A stretch of 61,587 nt of DNA from Octopus bimaculoides. Lineage: Eukaryota. The stretch is from contig NC_068990.1 in NCBI RefSeq assembly GCF_001194135.2, positions 48,822,038 through 48,883,624 on the forward strand, read 5' to 3'. The first letter of the stretch is position 1, and each line of letters starts with the position of its first letter. Shown piece by piece: positions 1 to 13,004 of this stretch. The translations under genes were made by a program, and so were the position numbers. Under the pieces are notes generated by a model. It saw only the letters and a list, made by a program, of their open reading frames with translations, was not told the origin of the DNA and made no database searches.

Positions 1-540
1 AATTAACAATTAACAATTTTGCCAAGTAGTTCAGTATGAAAAAACCTTTATCGGTAAAACCATTTATCATCATAAATATACAGGGATTAGCATTGAGTTG
101 CTTCTCCAACATACTGAAAATTTAGAAATAGCAGTCAAAGAACTACTGATTCTAAACTACAATATTTTTAGATTGTAACTCTTAATAATTATATTAATAC
201 CGTTAACGTAGGGATTAGTTTACAGGTTTTGTCTCTTTATATATATTTTTATTTCTCATGTTTATGTTTATTCCTTGAATGATTTTAGGTATTTTTTTTA
301 GGAATTTACCCTGAAGAGTGACTGATTTTGGGAGTAAAATCCTTTCCCCGTTCTAATGAATTTGGATAGAATTTGCTTATGGTTTTATATAGTCATATTT
401 CAGCTATGAAACGCGCGTGGTCTATGTACTAGCACTGACTTTTATACATTTATACTTTCACACATTATATTATTGTATTAATTTTTACTGTCCTATTTAT
501 AATTTATTTGATTTTTAAATTAATATTTTATGATGAATGT
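1..540 (+). mobile_element. Possible Penelope-like element 3' end with degenerate hammerhead core
   Basis: Peptide ENLEIAVKELLILN loosely resembles a GIY-YIG C-terminus; CTGAAGA at 311 and GAAACGCGCGT at 408. Confidence 0.4.
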
Positions 541-1539
541 TTTCTTTTCTTTTTTTATATGATATATATTATTAAAATTATTAAAATTTTAGATTAAAAT
601 CTTAGATAAATATTGATATGGTATATGCCTCACGGCATGGTTTTTGGACGAGTTCTTAGTTGACTGAGTTGTAGAGTGGTGGTTCGTCTCTAAATTAGTT
701 GTATATACATCTATAATACAAATTAAAGTTGGCCGACCGTTGTATTCTTTCTTGTATTGCGGTTCACGGCCAAACGGCTGGGTGGATTCACGTGAAAATG
801 GCACACATGTGGAGATGGGTGCATAGATTGGAATGTGCTTTCTATTTTTTTCCTAGTCCCCATACTTACAGAGAAAATCTATTAAAACAACCTGCATGCG
901 TGCGTGTGTGCGTGTATGTGTGTGTGTCACTGAAGCCATTCATACATATATACATAATAAATAGATTAACTGAACGATAAATTTCATTTATCTCTCTCTT
1001 TCTTTCTTTATTTCTCTCTCTCTCTCTTTCTTTCTATCTCTCTCTCATATACACATACACCAACAACATTACTCTCTCTGTCACGCACACCTCATCAAAC
1101 ATACACACTCACACACACAGACATACGCACGCACATCAATTCTCCCCTCTTACCACAACTTCAAAAGAACTTCAAAAGATCGCCTTTCCTTTTCACTTTT
1201 CCGGCCATTGATCGTATACCATTTCGCTAGCAACAAGAGGAGTACAGGATGACAGTCAGCCAAAGCTTTCGCTATGCTGTCTCTCTTCTTTCACCTCTTT
1301 GTGGGGTTAATAATCTTAATCTTTACTTACAGTTTCTCATTCAAACTACATAATAAGCAGAATTGTCGGATTAAGACAGTAGGGTGTTTTGAGGGAGATT
1401 TGGCTGCTATTTCTACCAGGTCTAGCTACCATGTAGAGGTCTAAACTTAATTTTCATTCACATATTTGCATTTCAAAAATTTAACAATCTTTTCCATAAA
1501 TCAACTATTGCAAACACATACATATGCGCACGCACGCAC

Positions 1540-1790
1540 NNNNNNNNNNNNNNNNNNNNNNNNNNNNNNNNNNNNNNNNNNNNNNNNNNNNNNNNNNNNN
1601 NNNNNNNNNNNNNNNNNNNNNNNNNNNNNNNNNNNNNNNNNNNNNNNNNNNNNNNNNNNNNNNNNNNNNNNNNNNNNNNNNNNNNNNNNNNNNNNNNNNN
1701 NNNNNNNNNNNNNNNNNNNNNNNNNNNNNNNNNNNNNNNNNNNNNNNNNNNNNNNNNNNNNNNNNNNNNNNNNNNNNNNNNNNNNNNNNN
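1540..1790. other. Assembly gap
   Basis: N run. Confidence 1.
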
Positions 1791-2013
1791 AAAATAGGGA
1801 TTAATGTATAATTTCTTTCTATGTTCATAATTAAATCAATGATTAGACAGAGGGCCAATAGAATAGCTCTCAGAAACAGACTATGTACAAATTCGTTCTT
1901 CACAACTCCTGAAGCTGTTTTCTAACAAGGAGTAGGGGAGTCGGGAAATTTTCATGCGGCAGGAGGCTCCAATCGAAACAGGGGACCCGAAATGATAAGG
2001 TTGAGAAACGCTG
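1791..2013 (+). mobile_element. hAT-like MITE right end (left end probably in the gap)
   Basis: Terminus GGTTGAGAAACGCTG at 1999-2013. Confidence 0.45.
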
Positions 2014-2132
2014 TTATAGATTATGCCTAACCGAAAACGATCACAGCCACATCATCCAAACAGACCGGGTGAAACCGGGTTTAGCTGCTAGTTTATATAT
2101 ATATATATATATAATTGATATTTAGCAGAAGT

Positions 2133-2342
2133 AAGGCAGCAAGCTAATAGATACTTTTCTGCTCCAGGTAAAATGCTTAGCGCCATTTCATCCGTCTAAG
2201 TTCAAATTCCGTTGAGGTCAACTTTGCCTTTCATCACTTTCAGGCCCGAAAATACAAGTACCAGTTAAGTGCTGGCATCGATGTAATCGACTTAGCTCCT
2301 CCCTCAAAATTGCTGACCTTGTGTCAAACTTTGAAATCAATA
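2133..2342 (+). mobile_element. tRNA-derived SINE, family A
   Basis: Shares head, AAGTTCAAATTCC B-box-like motif and ACTTTGCCTTTCATC body with more than 10 other copies in the window. Confidence 0.75.
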
Positions 2343-2380
2343 TCTAGCAGAAGTAACAGATTGACTCAAGCACCGAAAGT

Positions 2381-3317
2381 GGATGTATTCCATCTCAATC
2401 ACTGATTTTTTAATAATTTTTTTCTATCTAAACAGTTTGAAATTTAGAATACTGGTAGAATTTCTCATGTAGAACACTGTTTACTTTGGACGCTTTTAAC
2501 AAAATTTCGTATTTTAGAAGTTATTTCGTGTTAAAGTTGTTGTATTTGGATAATTTTAACCAATCAATGACGTGTATTCAGTTGAAGAAAGCTACTAGTA
2601 ATCGAAGAGGAACAACTTGCGGGTCATCTCTACTAAATGTCACCACTCTGTTCTATTTGTATGGCGATTGAACCGCCTTCATCCTTTCTTCCTTTCTAGT
2701 CAGCACCGTGCATTCCTTACCCTTTTCCTCTCTTCTACACTATCAACTAGCAACCAGCTAGCGAACTTGTTACTGCTACTATAATTACAATATTTTCCGG
2801 TGCATAAGCCACTATTTGTTTTGTTTTACCTTCATGTTTTGATAATGTTAATTTTTATCTAATAAAGACTTTTGTATTGACGAAATGTGTTTGTTGCTGT
2901 TATATATAAAAGATAAAATCATGACAATAACAGTACATCTCATAGCTGTAAAATAAGGCATTTTGAAACTACATATACATCAACAACAAAAAAGCTAGCT
3001 GAGGACCTGTTGCACTATGGTGTTCATTCTTCGAACAGAGTGATGACATTTAGTAGAGATGACCCAGAAGTTGTTCCTCTTCAATTACTATCGCAAACAG
3101 CAGTAGCTTTCTTCAACTGAATACACATCGTTGATTGGTTGAAATTATCCAAATACGACAACTTTAACACGAAATAACTTCTAAAATACGAAATTTTGTC
3201 GAAAACATTCAGAGTATACTGTGTTCTATGTGAGAAACTCCACCAGTATTCAAAGTTTCAAACTGTTTAGTTAAAAAAGAATGATTAAAAAATCTGTGAT
3301 TGAGACGGAATAGATCC
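2381..3317. mobile_element. Foldback MITE, Merlin-like (GGAT termini, 8-bp TSD)
   Basis: Inverted arms 2381-2653 and 3033-3317; perfect TSD CCGAAAGT at 2373-2380 and 3318-3325. Confidence 0.8.
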
Positions 3318-4029
3318 CCGAAAGTTCCATGTGTTAGCATTTACCAAATATACATATAAATTTTAGATCATAGATTTTAAAAAGTGCAAGAAATATTTTT
3401 ATTTGTAATCCAAAATCAGAATTATTATCGGTAAATATTGGTTATTATTTCAAATAGAACCGTGACGATCAAGTTGCAATATCTGTTTTTATGGTTGTAA
3501 ATCACTTTCTAATCACAGACATCTTGACAGTCTAGACATCGGATTGTTTTTACAGGTCGTAAGAATGCTTTAGAATTGTCAGGCCTGACATAATTATAGC
3601 AGTTTGGAATTTTCAAACTCAGACAAGCATTGATTTTTTTTTCCTGTTTTGCCAAACTTTGTCTTTAATAAAGTTTGTGAAATAAGATATGAAAAAATGA
3701 GTTCTGGCGTTTCGAGAAGGGCTTTTCTTCAAAGTAATGGCGAGTGTTGGAGGATCGTTATTCTCAAGTCTCAGAACAAACATTTTGCATGAAACAAATT
3801 TTTTCTTAAGTCACACATTTTGTTTTGCAAATTTCATATTTTTAACTTTCTTATCCATGCAATCCAGTACTAATTTCCTGAGAGTCTAGTCATTATCGTT
3901 GGCGGCGGTACCGTCGTCGCCTCAGCATTGTTATCAGCGGTGGTGATGGTGGCAGCTGTGTTGACAGTGTCAGCAGTGGTAGTGCTGTTGTCGTCGACGA
4001 CGGCGGCGACGTATTCTTCGTTTCAAAGG

Positions 4030-4239
4030 TAATAATCTTTTCTACTATAGGCACAAGGCCTGGAATTTGGGTAGAGGGGTAAGTCGATTAAGTACTCGAC
4101 TGGTACCTAATTTATCGACTCCGAAAGGATGAAAGGCAAAGTCGACCTCGGCGGAATGTGAACTCAGGACGTAGAGGCAGATGAAATGCCGCTAAGCATT
4201 TCGTCCAGCGTGCAAACAATTCTGCCAGCACGCCGCCTT
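4030..4239 (-). mobile_element. SINE family A, full length
   Basis: Reverse complement matches the family A head, B-box and tail. Confidence 0.8.
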
Positions 4240-4303
4240 GTTTCAACGATAATAATCTTTTCTACTCTAGACACAAGGCCCGAAATTTTTGGGGAGAGAA
4301 TTC

Positions 4304-5178
4304 GGATCTAGTTCAAAACGGGGGCACCAGTTTTCATTTATGTTTTATGTAGCGTTTTTGGTACCGAAAGACTTTCAAACTTCGTATACTTATCTATTTT
4401 GTGTTATAGAACAGAAAAAAATGTTTGTATTCGAAGTTATTTCATGTAGAAAATTGTCTTATTTCGATAATTTCAACCAATCACTGACAAGTATTCAGCT
4501 ATTTACAGTTACTCCTTTGGCAGTTTAAGCGGTTCCTTTGGCAGTTTAAGCGGTGTAAAGCGTATTTAATCTCCATTACTTCTGACATTTTGCAGAGAGG
4601 CAACANNNNNNNNNNNNNNNNNNNNNNNNNNNNNNNNNNNNNNNNNNNNNNNNNNNNNNNNNNNNNNNNNNNNNNNNNNNNNNNNNNNNNNNNNNNNNNN
4701 NNNNNNNNNNNNNNNNNNNNNNNNNNNNNNNNNNNNNNNNNNNNNNNNNNNNNNNNNNNNNNNNNNNNNNNNNNNNNNNNNNNNNNNNNNNNNNNNNNNN
4801 NNNNNNNNNNNNNNNNNNNNNNNNNNNNNNNNNNNNNNNNNNNNNNNNNNNNNNNNNNNNNNNNNNNNNNNNNNNNNNNNNNNNNNNNNNNNNNNNNNNN
4901 NNNNNNNNNNNNNNNNNNNNNNNNNNNNNNNNNNNNNNNNNNNNNNNNNNNNNNNNNNNNNNNNNNNNNNNNNNNNNNNNNNNNNNNNNNNNNNNNNNNN
5001 NNNNNNNNNNNNNNNNNNNNNNNNNNNNNNNNNNNAACATGAAATAAGTTGCAATATAATAATTTTTCTTAAGAAAACTAAGAGAAAAAGATGTTTTATA
5101 TGACACATTCTACCAGTGTCCCAAGTTTCAAAGTGTTTCGTTAAGAAAATACTGGCGCCCCCGTTTTGAACTAGATCC
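4304..5178. mobile_element. Merlin-like MITE (28-bp TIR, 8-bp TSD); gap 4606-5035 inside
   Basis: TIR GGATCTAGTTCAAAACGGGGGC(A/G)CCAGT at both ends; perfect TSD GAGAATTC at 4296-4303 and 5179-5186. Confidence 0.85.
4606..5035. other. Assembly gap
   Basis: N run. Confidence 1.
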
Positions 5179-6597
5179 GAGAATTCACTCAATTAGATCG
5201 ACCCAGTACGCAACCGGTACCCCGAAAGGATGAAAGGCCGATTTTGAACTCAGAACGTAAAGCCAGACGAAATATTGCTAAGCATTTCGCCTGGTGCGCT
5301 AATGTTTCTGCCAGCTCACCGCCTTTGTTTCAATGGGGAAGCAACACATTCAATAGTTTTTTGTTTTGATTTTTGTATTTTCTTTTTTAATTTCATTTCC
5401 TTTAATTTAAGAAACCCTAACTCCATATCCCAGCAAAATCGACCATAAAATGTCATCCTTTCGACATCGACAAATTATACACCAGTCACGTATTCGGAAT
5501 GTTTCAATCAACAACAAATTTCTGATATAGCTTAAAGCCAACTACTTTGGCACAGTATTATCTTTTATTTAGTATTGTATTGTATTATATTATCGCGTAT
5601 TGTTATCATGAATGGCTTTCAAACAAAATATTCATTCTCAATATATAACTCCTGGAAGACCTCGTGCCGGTGTAAGAAATCAATATACAACTCTTGTAAG
5701 ATGGAGGGGATGGGACAGTTTTGCATATTCTTCAAAGACGTTTGACATTTTCAAAGGAAATCGCCCTGGCAACCCTGGCTAACAGCCTGATACGTTGGAA
5801 CTACACCATCACAGTTTAAATATTCAGGTCTGTGAGCTTATATGTGAGAGAATTGAAGAGGAGATAAAAAGAGGGAGACAAACACTCACGAGAAGAAAAA
5901 CTAAAGCAAACAGTGGATACGTCGTACACATTTCCAACGATGTAGAAGCAGCATTATGGTAGCCGACCTTTATCATCGCAATAAGGAATTGGTAAACTGT
6001 CTGAAACTCAGTTTCCATTTGTAGTTGCACCTGCAACAGTTGGATAATGCTACGAAAAGTTTCCTAGTTGATAATGTCAGAATACTTGGCAATAAATTAA
6101 AAGAAGGAACAGTTCATACTTATAACTTTTAAACTGTTATGAAATTTATCACAACTGCGACGAGTTGAAGTAAAAATAAAAACATTTAGTCTCTTTGAGA
6201 ATCCCTTGTCATTGTATTTATAGAAGGCTTTCTATTAAGTTGTGTGGGTGGGAGAAAAAGATAATGAACTAAGGCTCGCCATTGATGGCAAGATGAAAAA
6301 TAGAGTGAGATTTCCTCTCTGAAAGTTGCCGAGCGAGGGGAGAGAGAAGCGGGAGATAAACTCTCTGACATACCGAGTAAAGAGAATGTTTGGTTATGGG
6401 GTTCTCCTATTTATACCTGTCCTACGACTAAACTGGGTCATGTGGAAACTACATTTTATTTTCTGGGTTGAGATTCGAAACCGAATCTAAGAAATCCCGC
6501 TCGCACGATCCACCACTGGCCGAACAGGCACAACAGAAATTTCTTTGTCCTATCAAAAAGTGATGGGTGAGTTTCCACTCGACCTCCGACCTGGCTG

Positions 6598-7149
6598 TGT
6601 TACGGAAAATTCAGTTGGACAACAAGTGACCCAAATAAGTACAAACTACTCTTATGGTATATCCATCCTTCTAGCTAGGATGGCCATTATAAAAACGGTT
6701 TCCTTTGACACACACCAGAGAGCCAGCAGTTAGTCACATAACCAAAGATGAGCGAGCAGTGACCGGCGACACAAGACAGTAGCAGCTGCAGACACGAACA
6801 AGACAAGACAGAAAAACGACATAACACGACCAAATGACAAACGCACACACAGACATAAAATATAGCTCTGTACTATCTTGTCCCGTCAACATTCTCTTTC
6901 CTCCGTTTTTACTTCAACTGGAAGTTGATAACTTTATGTAGCGGCAGATTTGTTCATATTTCAAATTAAGCTTTCTGTATACAACACGTAAATGCAACTG
7001 TTAACTAAATAAATTGTGAAAACTGCATTCCTATTCTTTTACATTTGTTTTCATTTGATGTCGGTCCAACACGCCTATCTTCATCTGCTACACCCGCCAA
7101 CGTACACTGAACCATCAACAACATCCATTTCGCTACACATCCCGCTACA
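6598..7149 (+). mobile_element. Probable solo LTR
   Basis: TGTTACGG...CCGCTACA termini, AATAAA near 7008, flanks GGCTG/GTCTG (4/5 TSD match). Confidence 0.5.
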
Positions 7150-7256
7150 GTCTGTATAACAATGAAAATTTTTGTGAGTTAACTAAACTGAACGCAATTT
7201 CACCTAAGATGTCGGTGAATTTCAACTGATGACACTCATAAATTCTGAGTTTAAAT

Positions 7257-8745
7257 CCAGAGAACAATGGAAAGAAGCATGCAGAAGCAATCTGATCGAA
7301 GTTTCAATTCATGGTTGCAAATATAGTATGTAGTGGATCTTGCAGGCATGGCGTGGATTCGATCCTTGATAGCCTGTGGGACGTAGGCCCATGGATCACG
7401 CAGAGACCGAAAATGAGCGAATGGCAGAGGGAGTGCAGACATACACTCGCTCTGTTCTTCCGAACGAGCAATACCGGCAGGGGGACAACACTGCGGATTT
7501 TTATAGCTGGTTGGTATATGTCGGACGAGGTCCTGGGAGAGACTCTAGGCTTCGACGAGGACCAGCTTGTCAACCTGTTTGGAAGAATATTCGGGCCGAG
7601 GTATCTGGACAACTTCCAGAAATTCCTAACCTGGCTGTGCTACCGATCGGCTTTGCCAGTTCGAGAGAGGTTGTCAAGGCATAGTGTTGGTACCCCACCT
7701 ACATGCCCGAGGTGCGGGCGTGTCAGCGAAACTGTCACGCACGCCTTCATATATTGTGAGGAACTAAGGGGACTGATAACCTATGTCGAACAACTGGTGT
7801 CAGATACGGAAAGAGTACGGTTATCGACTGAGTCTATCATCAAGATTGTGCCGCCTCCCTCTTTTAACAAGGAAAAGGAGGCGTCATTTTTCTACGTAGT
7901 AGCCGTATTGAAAGAGATAGTATGGGTGACACGTAGAAGAGGAATTGAGACAGGCAACTTCATCTCCGGACACCGGTTGGTTAGTTTTTTTAACTACCAC
8001 CTGTCCAGAAAGATCAGTCTGGAGAAAAAATGCTTTCTTCGAAGAGCGTTTGAGAAAAGATGGACAAATATCGTAAGGAAATTGAGAGTGAATGGGGCTG
8101 CGCTAGTGTAGCCGGTCTGAACGGAAAAGAAGGTGTAGTGGCGCGAAATTATGGCCGCCATTAAGGAAGTACAATCTACGCATGCGCAAGGGACTTGCCT
8201 TCCCGGAAGCCCCTCGAGTGCGCATGTGTATTAGAACCAGTACTTAAAGAGTTTCTTTCACTTTCTAAGTCTCTTCAGTATGATACCTTCGACGTAACAG
8301 CTACTTGCTCCTCTGGCATGCGTCAACGAAGCTCTTAACCTTCCAATGCCGACTACAAGCTAACCAGCGGCTGCTAAGCTGAATGACACAGGATTTGTAA
8401 AACCAAGCATCACCAAAAATAAAACTTTTTTTTATTATGTTGTTAATTGTTCTACTGTTTCTTAATATATAATTTTGTTGAAAGGTGATAGAGAGAGACT
8501 GATGTCTCTAGTGCAACTATCAACCTTTTACAAAGGAAAATACGGAAGGGAAAATACACAAAAAGGGTCGAACACGAGCCCGAAAATATATCAACGTATA
8601 ATTCTTAAATTCATTTCGGTTTCATTATACTGTGTAAATTCATCCGGTTTCAACTAAGGTATAACCCCAGCTCCTAAATGTTTTTTGTTATGTCCTTGTG
8701 TTGTCCCTTCTGTGTCATGGCCTGTGTGCCGAATAAAAGAAATTA
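7257..8745 (+). mobile_element. 5'-truncated L1/Tx1-type LINE: ORF2 C-terminus (zf-RVT, ORF 7311-8111) plus 3' UTR
   Basis: LPVRERLSRH...CPRCGRVSETVTHAFIYC zinc-knuckle motif; 3' end with AATAAAAGAAAT. Confidence 0.75.
8134..8357 (+). mobile_element. Solo LTR related to the Gypsy LTR at 10377-10691
   Basis: TGTAGTGGCGC...GCCGACTACA termini; shares TGTAGTGGCGC and ACGCATGCGCA with the Gypsy LTR; no TSD seen. Confidence 0.6.
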
Positions 8746-8934
8746 GTTAGTGAGAGCAACCATCAGTTAGTGAGCGGACAACTAGAATCATGGTCGCAAG
8801 CAGGCAGTTACTAAAGACAGATGGTCAGAGGGAGAAAGAAAGTTATAATCAGCCAACTATGAGACAACTTCCCTCGACTCTATAACTTTCACTAACTCAA
8901 TTTCTTTTCTCTTACAACATCATTCATTCTTACT

Positions 8935-9110
8935 ACTGCTGCTGTGTTGTCTGAGCTTTTGATATACCGAATATCTGTGGAATATTGGGTGATGAAGTCA
9001 AGGGAGAATGGCAGTCAGGTCTTTTCCTGAAGGCATATACAAGCGGTTTATGGTCCGTGTAGATGCTGAAAACGGATCCTTCTAACATATGGCGGAAATG
9101 TTTGACGCAC
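8935..9110 (-). mobile_element. Ty3/Gypsy RNase H fragment
   Basis: KHFRHMLEG..FSIYTDHKPL, and DIRYIK in a second frame. Confidence 0.75.
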
Positions 9111-9463
9111 CCTGGCGCGAAACAGAAGTGTAGACAATTGCCGCGCAAATAAGAACCAATCAGGGTGGTGGACACAAGGGTCCAAGGCAGCCGAAGGCTA
9201 GATGTTACCGCTTCGTTATCATTTATGATTGAATGCCCGAGAGAGAGGTTTCACTACAGGAGCTTACCTTGTATTAATTAAACAGTTAAGAATAATCCGT
9301 GTTGTGAAAGAGACTTCATAATACGAAAAGGCAGATTCTGTAACCATATTCTTTATTTCCCTTCCTTGTCTTAACAAGAATTTTTAACGATAATAGTTTT
9401 TCTTTTCATTCCGGATATAATTTCAATTGATTGAAAATTGCTTTTTTGCTCACTATATTAAGT

Positions 9464-9690
9464 NNNNNNNNNNNNNNNNNNNNNNNNNNNNNNNNNNNNN
9501 NNNNNNNNNNNNNNNNNNNNNNNNNNNNNNNNNNNNNNNNNNNNNNNNNNNNNNNNNNNNNNNNNNNNNNNNNNNNNNNNNNNNNNNNNNNNNNNNNNNN
9601 NNNNNNNNNNNNNNNNNNNNNNNNNNNNNNNNNNNNNNNNNNNNNNNNNNNNNNNNNNNNNNNNNNNNNNNNNNNNNNNNNNNNNNNNNA
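9464..9690. other. Assembly gap
   Basis: N run. Confidence 1.
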
Positions 9691-10376
9691 ACATCCTACA
9701 AAGATATTTCGAAATCTCGTTAGAAGAATCTGTGGGAAAATAACCAGAAAGTAAAGGCTTCCCATTTCTTTCTTTATTTTTGTTTATAAACAGCTTCTAA
9801 AATTAGATCTGATTTGAAAATGAGAAGTTGTATTCCTAATTGCTTTAACTTTTTTCTTTCTATATTTTTTTTTAAAGAAAACGAATAGGGTTGATTGCTT
9901 CCACTACATTGTTTATTGTTTTGAATTGCTCTGAACCGATAAGGAGTGAATGTGTGTGTGTGTGTGTGTGCGCGCGCGCTTCTGGGGAATAATGGAGGAA
10001 GAAGGGAAAACCCTGTGAAACTAAACTGATATAAGCTGTGTCATTTTATACATTCGTATAGTCTACATAAATATGTCTATCTGAGTGATGAGCAGAATAA
10101 GGCAGTCAACTAGCAGAATCGTTAGAGCCTTTGACAAAATGTTTTGCGGTATTTGTTTTGGCCATTTGCGTTCTGAATTGTCCCGTTAGGGTGGTGTAAG
10201 AGGCCGGATCTGACTGATTTAGACATAAAACGAGTTAACTATTTGGGTCGGATATGGCTGATTTAAATGCTGAAGTGTTAAGATCACGCCGAGACCAACT
10301 TTGGTTTTCATACTTTCGGAGTCAATTAAATAAAACATCAATCAAGTGCTGTAATCGATTTAATCAACTAACCTGG

Positions 10377-13004
10377 TGTAGAGAAGTGGGCATACACCAT
10401 CCTGTGTATCCCAATTCCGCACATTATATTCTTCAAGGAAGAAAACGGGACGCAGACGCTAAACTAAAACAGCACAACAAATATTTTATTACAGTAGAAT
10501 TCTGTTCACACTAGGAGGGAATTCGGTAGCATGTCGCCTTTTGGTTAGATGGGACGCCGTCAATGAAGTCGCGTGGTTTGAAGTCATTTCCTCCTCTCTG
10601 GTTAACTATATGGATTCATTGTAGAGGGACTTCCTCTGCGCATGCGTGGATAAACCCTCCAATATGGCGAGTGGTATCAGGCGCCACTACATGGCTCCCC
10701 CTCGAGTGCGGAAGCACGAAAATGGAAAAAATTGGAGTAGCGCCTGAGGCAAGATGGCTACCGAAACCACCCACAAGATGTGGCACAAATATATATAAAG
10801 AAAAATCAAAGAAATGATGTACAATAGTGAAATACATGCATGCAATATACAAAAGAATTGAGGAAAAAAGGCATGCAAGGAAATGGGCAGTAAGTGCCAA
10901 CTAGTGGAAAACTGAAATAGACAATGACAAAACAACCGTGATGACAACTGTCCAGAAAAACTGGAATCACGTGATGTAAAAGTCTGTTTGTTCAAGGCAG
11001 GTTGCGACGACGAAGGTGGTGTTGTCCAAGGTGTATGTGTTGGTGATGGTGTTGGCAAAGGTGTATGTAATGGGTCAAAGGCGGGCATAACAGTGGTGTC
11101 AACGAAAGATGTAGGACCTTCAACATAAGCTTTTTTCAGTCGGTCTACAGACACGATCTCTGTACAACCATTAACGCCAATTTTGAATATTTTCGGTGTG
11201 CGGGAAAGCACACGAAAGGGTCCTTTATAAGGAGAAACAAGAGGTCCTTTGGCAGAATCATCTCGAACAAAAACATGCGTCCAAGAGTCAAGATTTGATG
11301 GCACTTTAGAAGGTGGAGATTGGTGTCGGGGACCCATAGAAGGAAGGGTAGAAAAATAACTGCGTAGTTGAGCGACATAAGACTCTGAATTGAGAGATTG
11401 TGACATGTCCGGCACCAACATCGTACCAGGCAATGCCAGTGTGGTACCATACAACAGCTCGGCGGAAGAAAAACCTAAGTCTGCTTTAACCGCAGTCCGA
11501 CATCCAAGCAGGACAATAGGAAGAAATTCAGTCTACGACTGTGAATTCGGTGAGGCACGCAAAGCGGCCTTAAGTTGCCTGTGGAAACACTCCACCATCC
11601 CATTAGAAGCGGGATGGTAACTAGTGGTGCGTATATGATGCACCCCCAGGATTCGTGATAACTCACGAAATAAAGCAGCTTCAAATTGTCGACCACGATC
11701 TGTGGTTAGGATGGACGGTACACCGAACCGAGAAATCCAGCCAGGCGCGAAGGCTTTTGCGACAGATTCAGCAGAAATGTCTGCTATAGGAATGGCTTCT
11801 GGCCAACGGGATAACCGATCGACACAAGTTAAAATATACGAGAAACCGTGACTCGCAGGCCATGGTCCAACCAGATCAAGGTAGACATGGCGAAAACAGG
11901 CCTCAGGAGAAGAAAACTGTCCAAGTGGAGTACGAACGTGTCTATGGACTTTGGCACGCTGGCACTTCATGCAAGAGCGTGCCTAAGAGGTAATCGATCG
12001 CTGCATATTGGGTCAGAAGAACCGAGCAGTAGCAAGCTTTACGGTGGCAGAGATGCCCGGATATGACAATGAATGAAGGGCATCAAAAACAGAACGTTGA
12101 TGGTTCTCAGGTACAAACGGCCTTGGAGAACCGGTGGAGATGTCACATAGAATAGAGCCTGCAGCTGAAGGGAGCGGAAGATAGGCAAACTTAGAGAAAT
12201 AAACTTGGGCGAAGTTAAATCCAACTTCGCTAAAGGTGGTTGATCCTGCGAAATAGCAATTAAATCAATTGCTGCAGGAGAGGAAACGGAATTGACAGGG
12301 AGCCTAGAGAGAGCATCAGCTGGGACGTTCTCCTTCCTTGGCACATATCGAATGTCACTTGTAAACTGAGAAATATAGTCCGGGTGACGGAAAGCACGAG
12401 GGGAGAGTTTGTCCGTTTTAGAAGATGGGGCAAACGTAAGTGGCTTGTGATCAGTATAAATCACAAACTCCTGTCCCTCGAGCTGGTACTGAAAATGCCG
12501 AAAAGTACTATATCTGCGTTCGGCAGGCTGCAATTGGCAAGAAAAGAAAGCTAAATGTTTCGTTTGATTATCTACGGTGTGCTGCAAAACAGCACCAACT
12601 GCAGAATCTGATGCATCCACAGATAAAGAAAGCGGAGCATCAGGTGCCGGATGTGCAAGAACAGGAACTGAGGATAGTTCCTGTTTCACTGACTCAAAGG
12701 CAGACAATGCCGCAGCTGAAAGAGTAAGATGGGCATCTTTTTTAGGATTGCCCTTCAGCAGCTGCGTTAAAGGAAGCAGCTTGTTCGCACACCGGTTTAT
12801 GAAGCGTCGATAGAAATTAACCATACCCAAAAAATGGCGCAGCTGACGCAAAGAAGTTGGAGGCGCGATGCGCTGAATGGCATCGACCTTAGCAGGAAGA
12901 GGTTTGATCCCATTAGAATCAATATATTGACCCAGGAATTCCAGGGAGGGCTGCCCGAAAACACACTTATCAGGGTTTATCTTTACATTATAGGCGCGTA
13001 AAAA
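10377..13004 (-). mobile_element. Ty3/Gypsy LTR retrotransposon, 3' half (RT end, RNase H, integrase, PPT, 315-bp 3' LTR); frameshifted and 5'-truncated
   Basis: KINPDKCVF..LEFLG; DAS; YTDHKPL; ADALSR; DLVGP; TTDRGRQF; GPFRV; PPT GAGGGGGAGCCA at 10703-10692; LTR TGTAG...CTACA at 10691-10377. Confidence 0.92.

Larger units (their letters stand above)
710..2091 (+). mobile_element. Non-autonomous Helitron-like element (contains gap and nested repeats)
   Basis: A|TCTATAAT 5' end, CACGGCCAAACGGCTG subterminal motif, 3' ACCGGGTGAAACCGGGT hairpin-like motif then CTAG|T. Confidence 0.55.
4250..5326 (-). mobile_element. SINE family A interrupted by a Merlin-like MITE
   Basis: Tail at 4250-4295 continues into body/head at 5187-5326 once the insert is removed. 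Confidence 0.7.

Noticed and set aside
9203-9376. Possible solo LTR (TGTTA...TAACA)
   Set aside because: No 4-6-bp TSD, PBS or second copy in the window.
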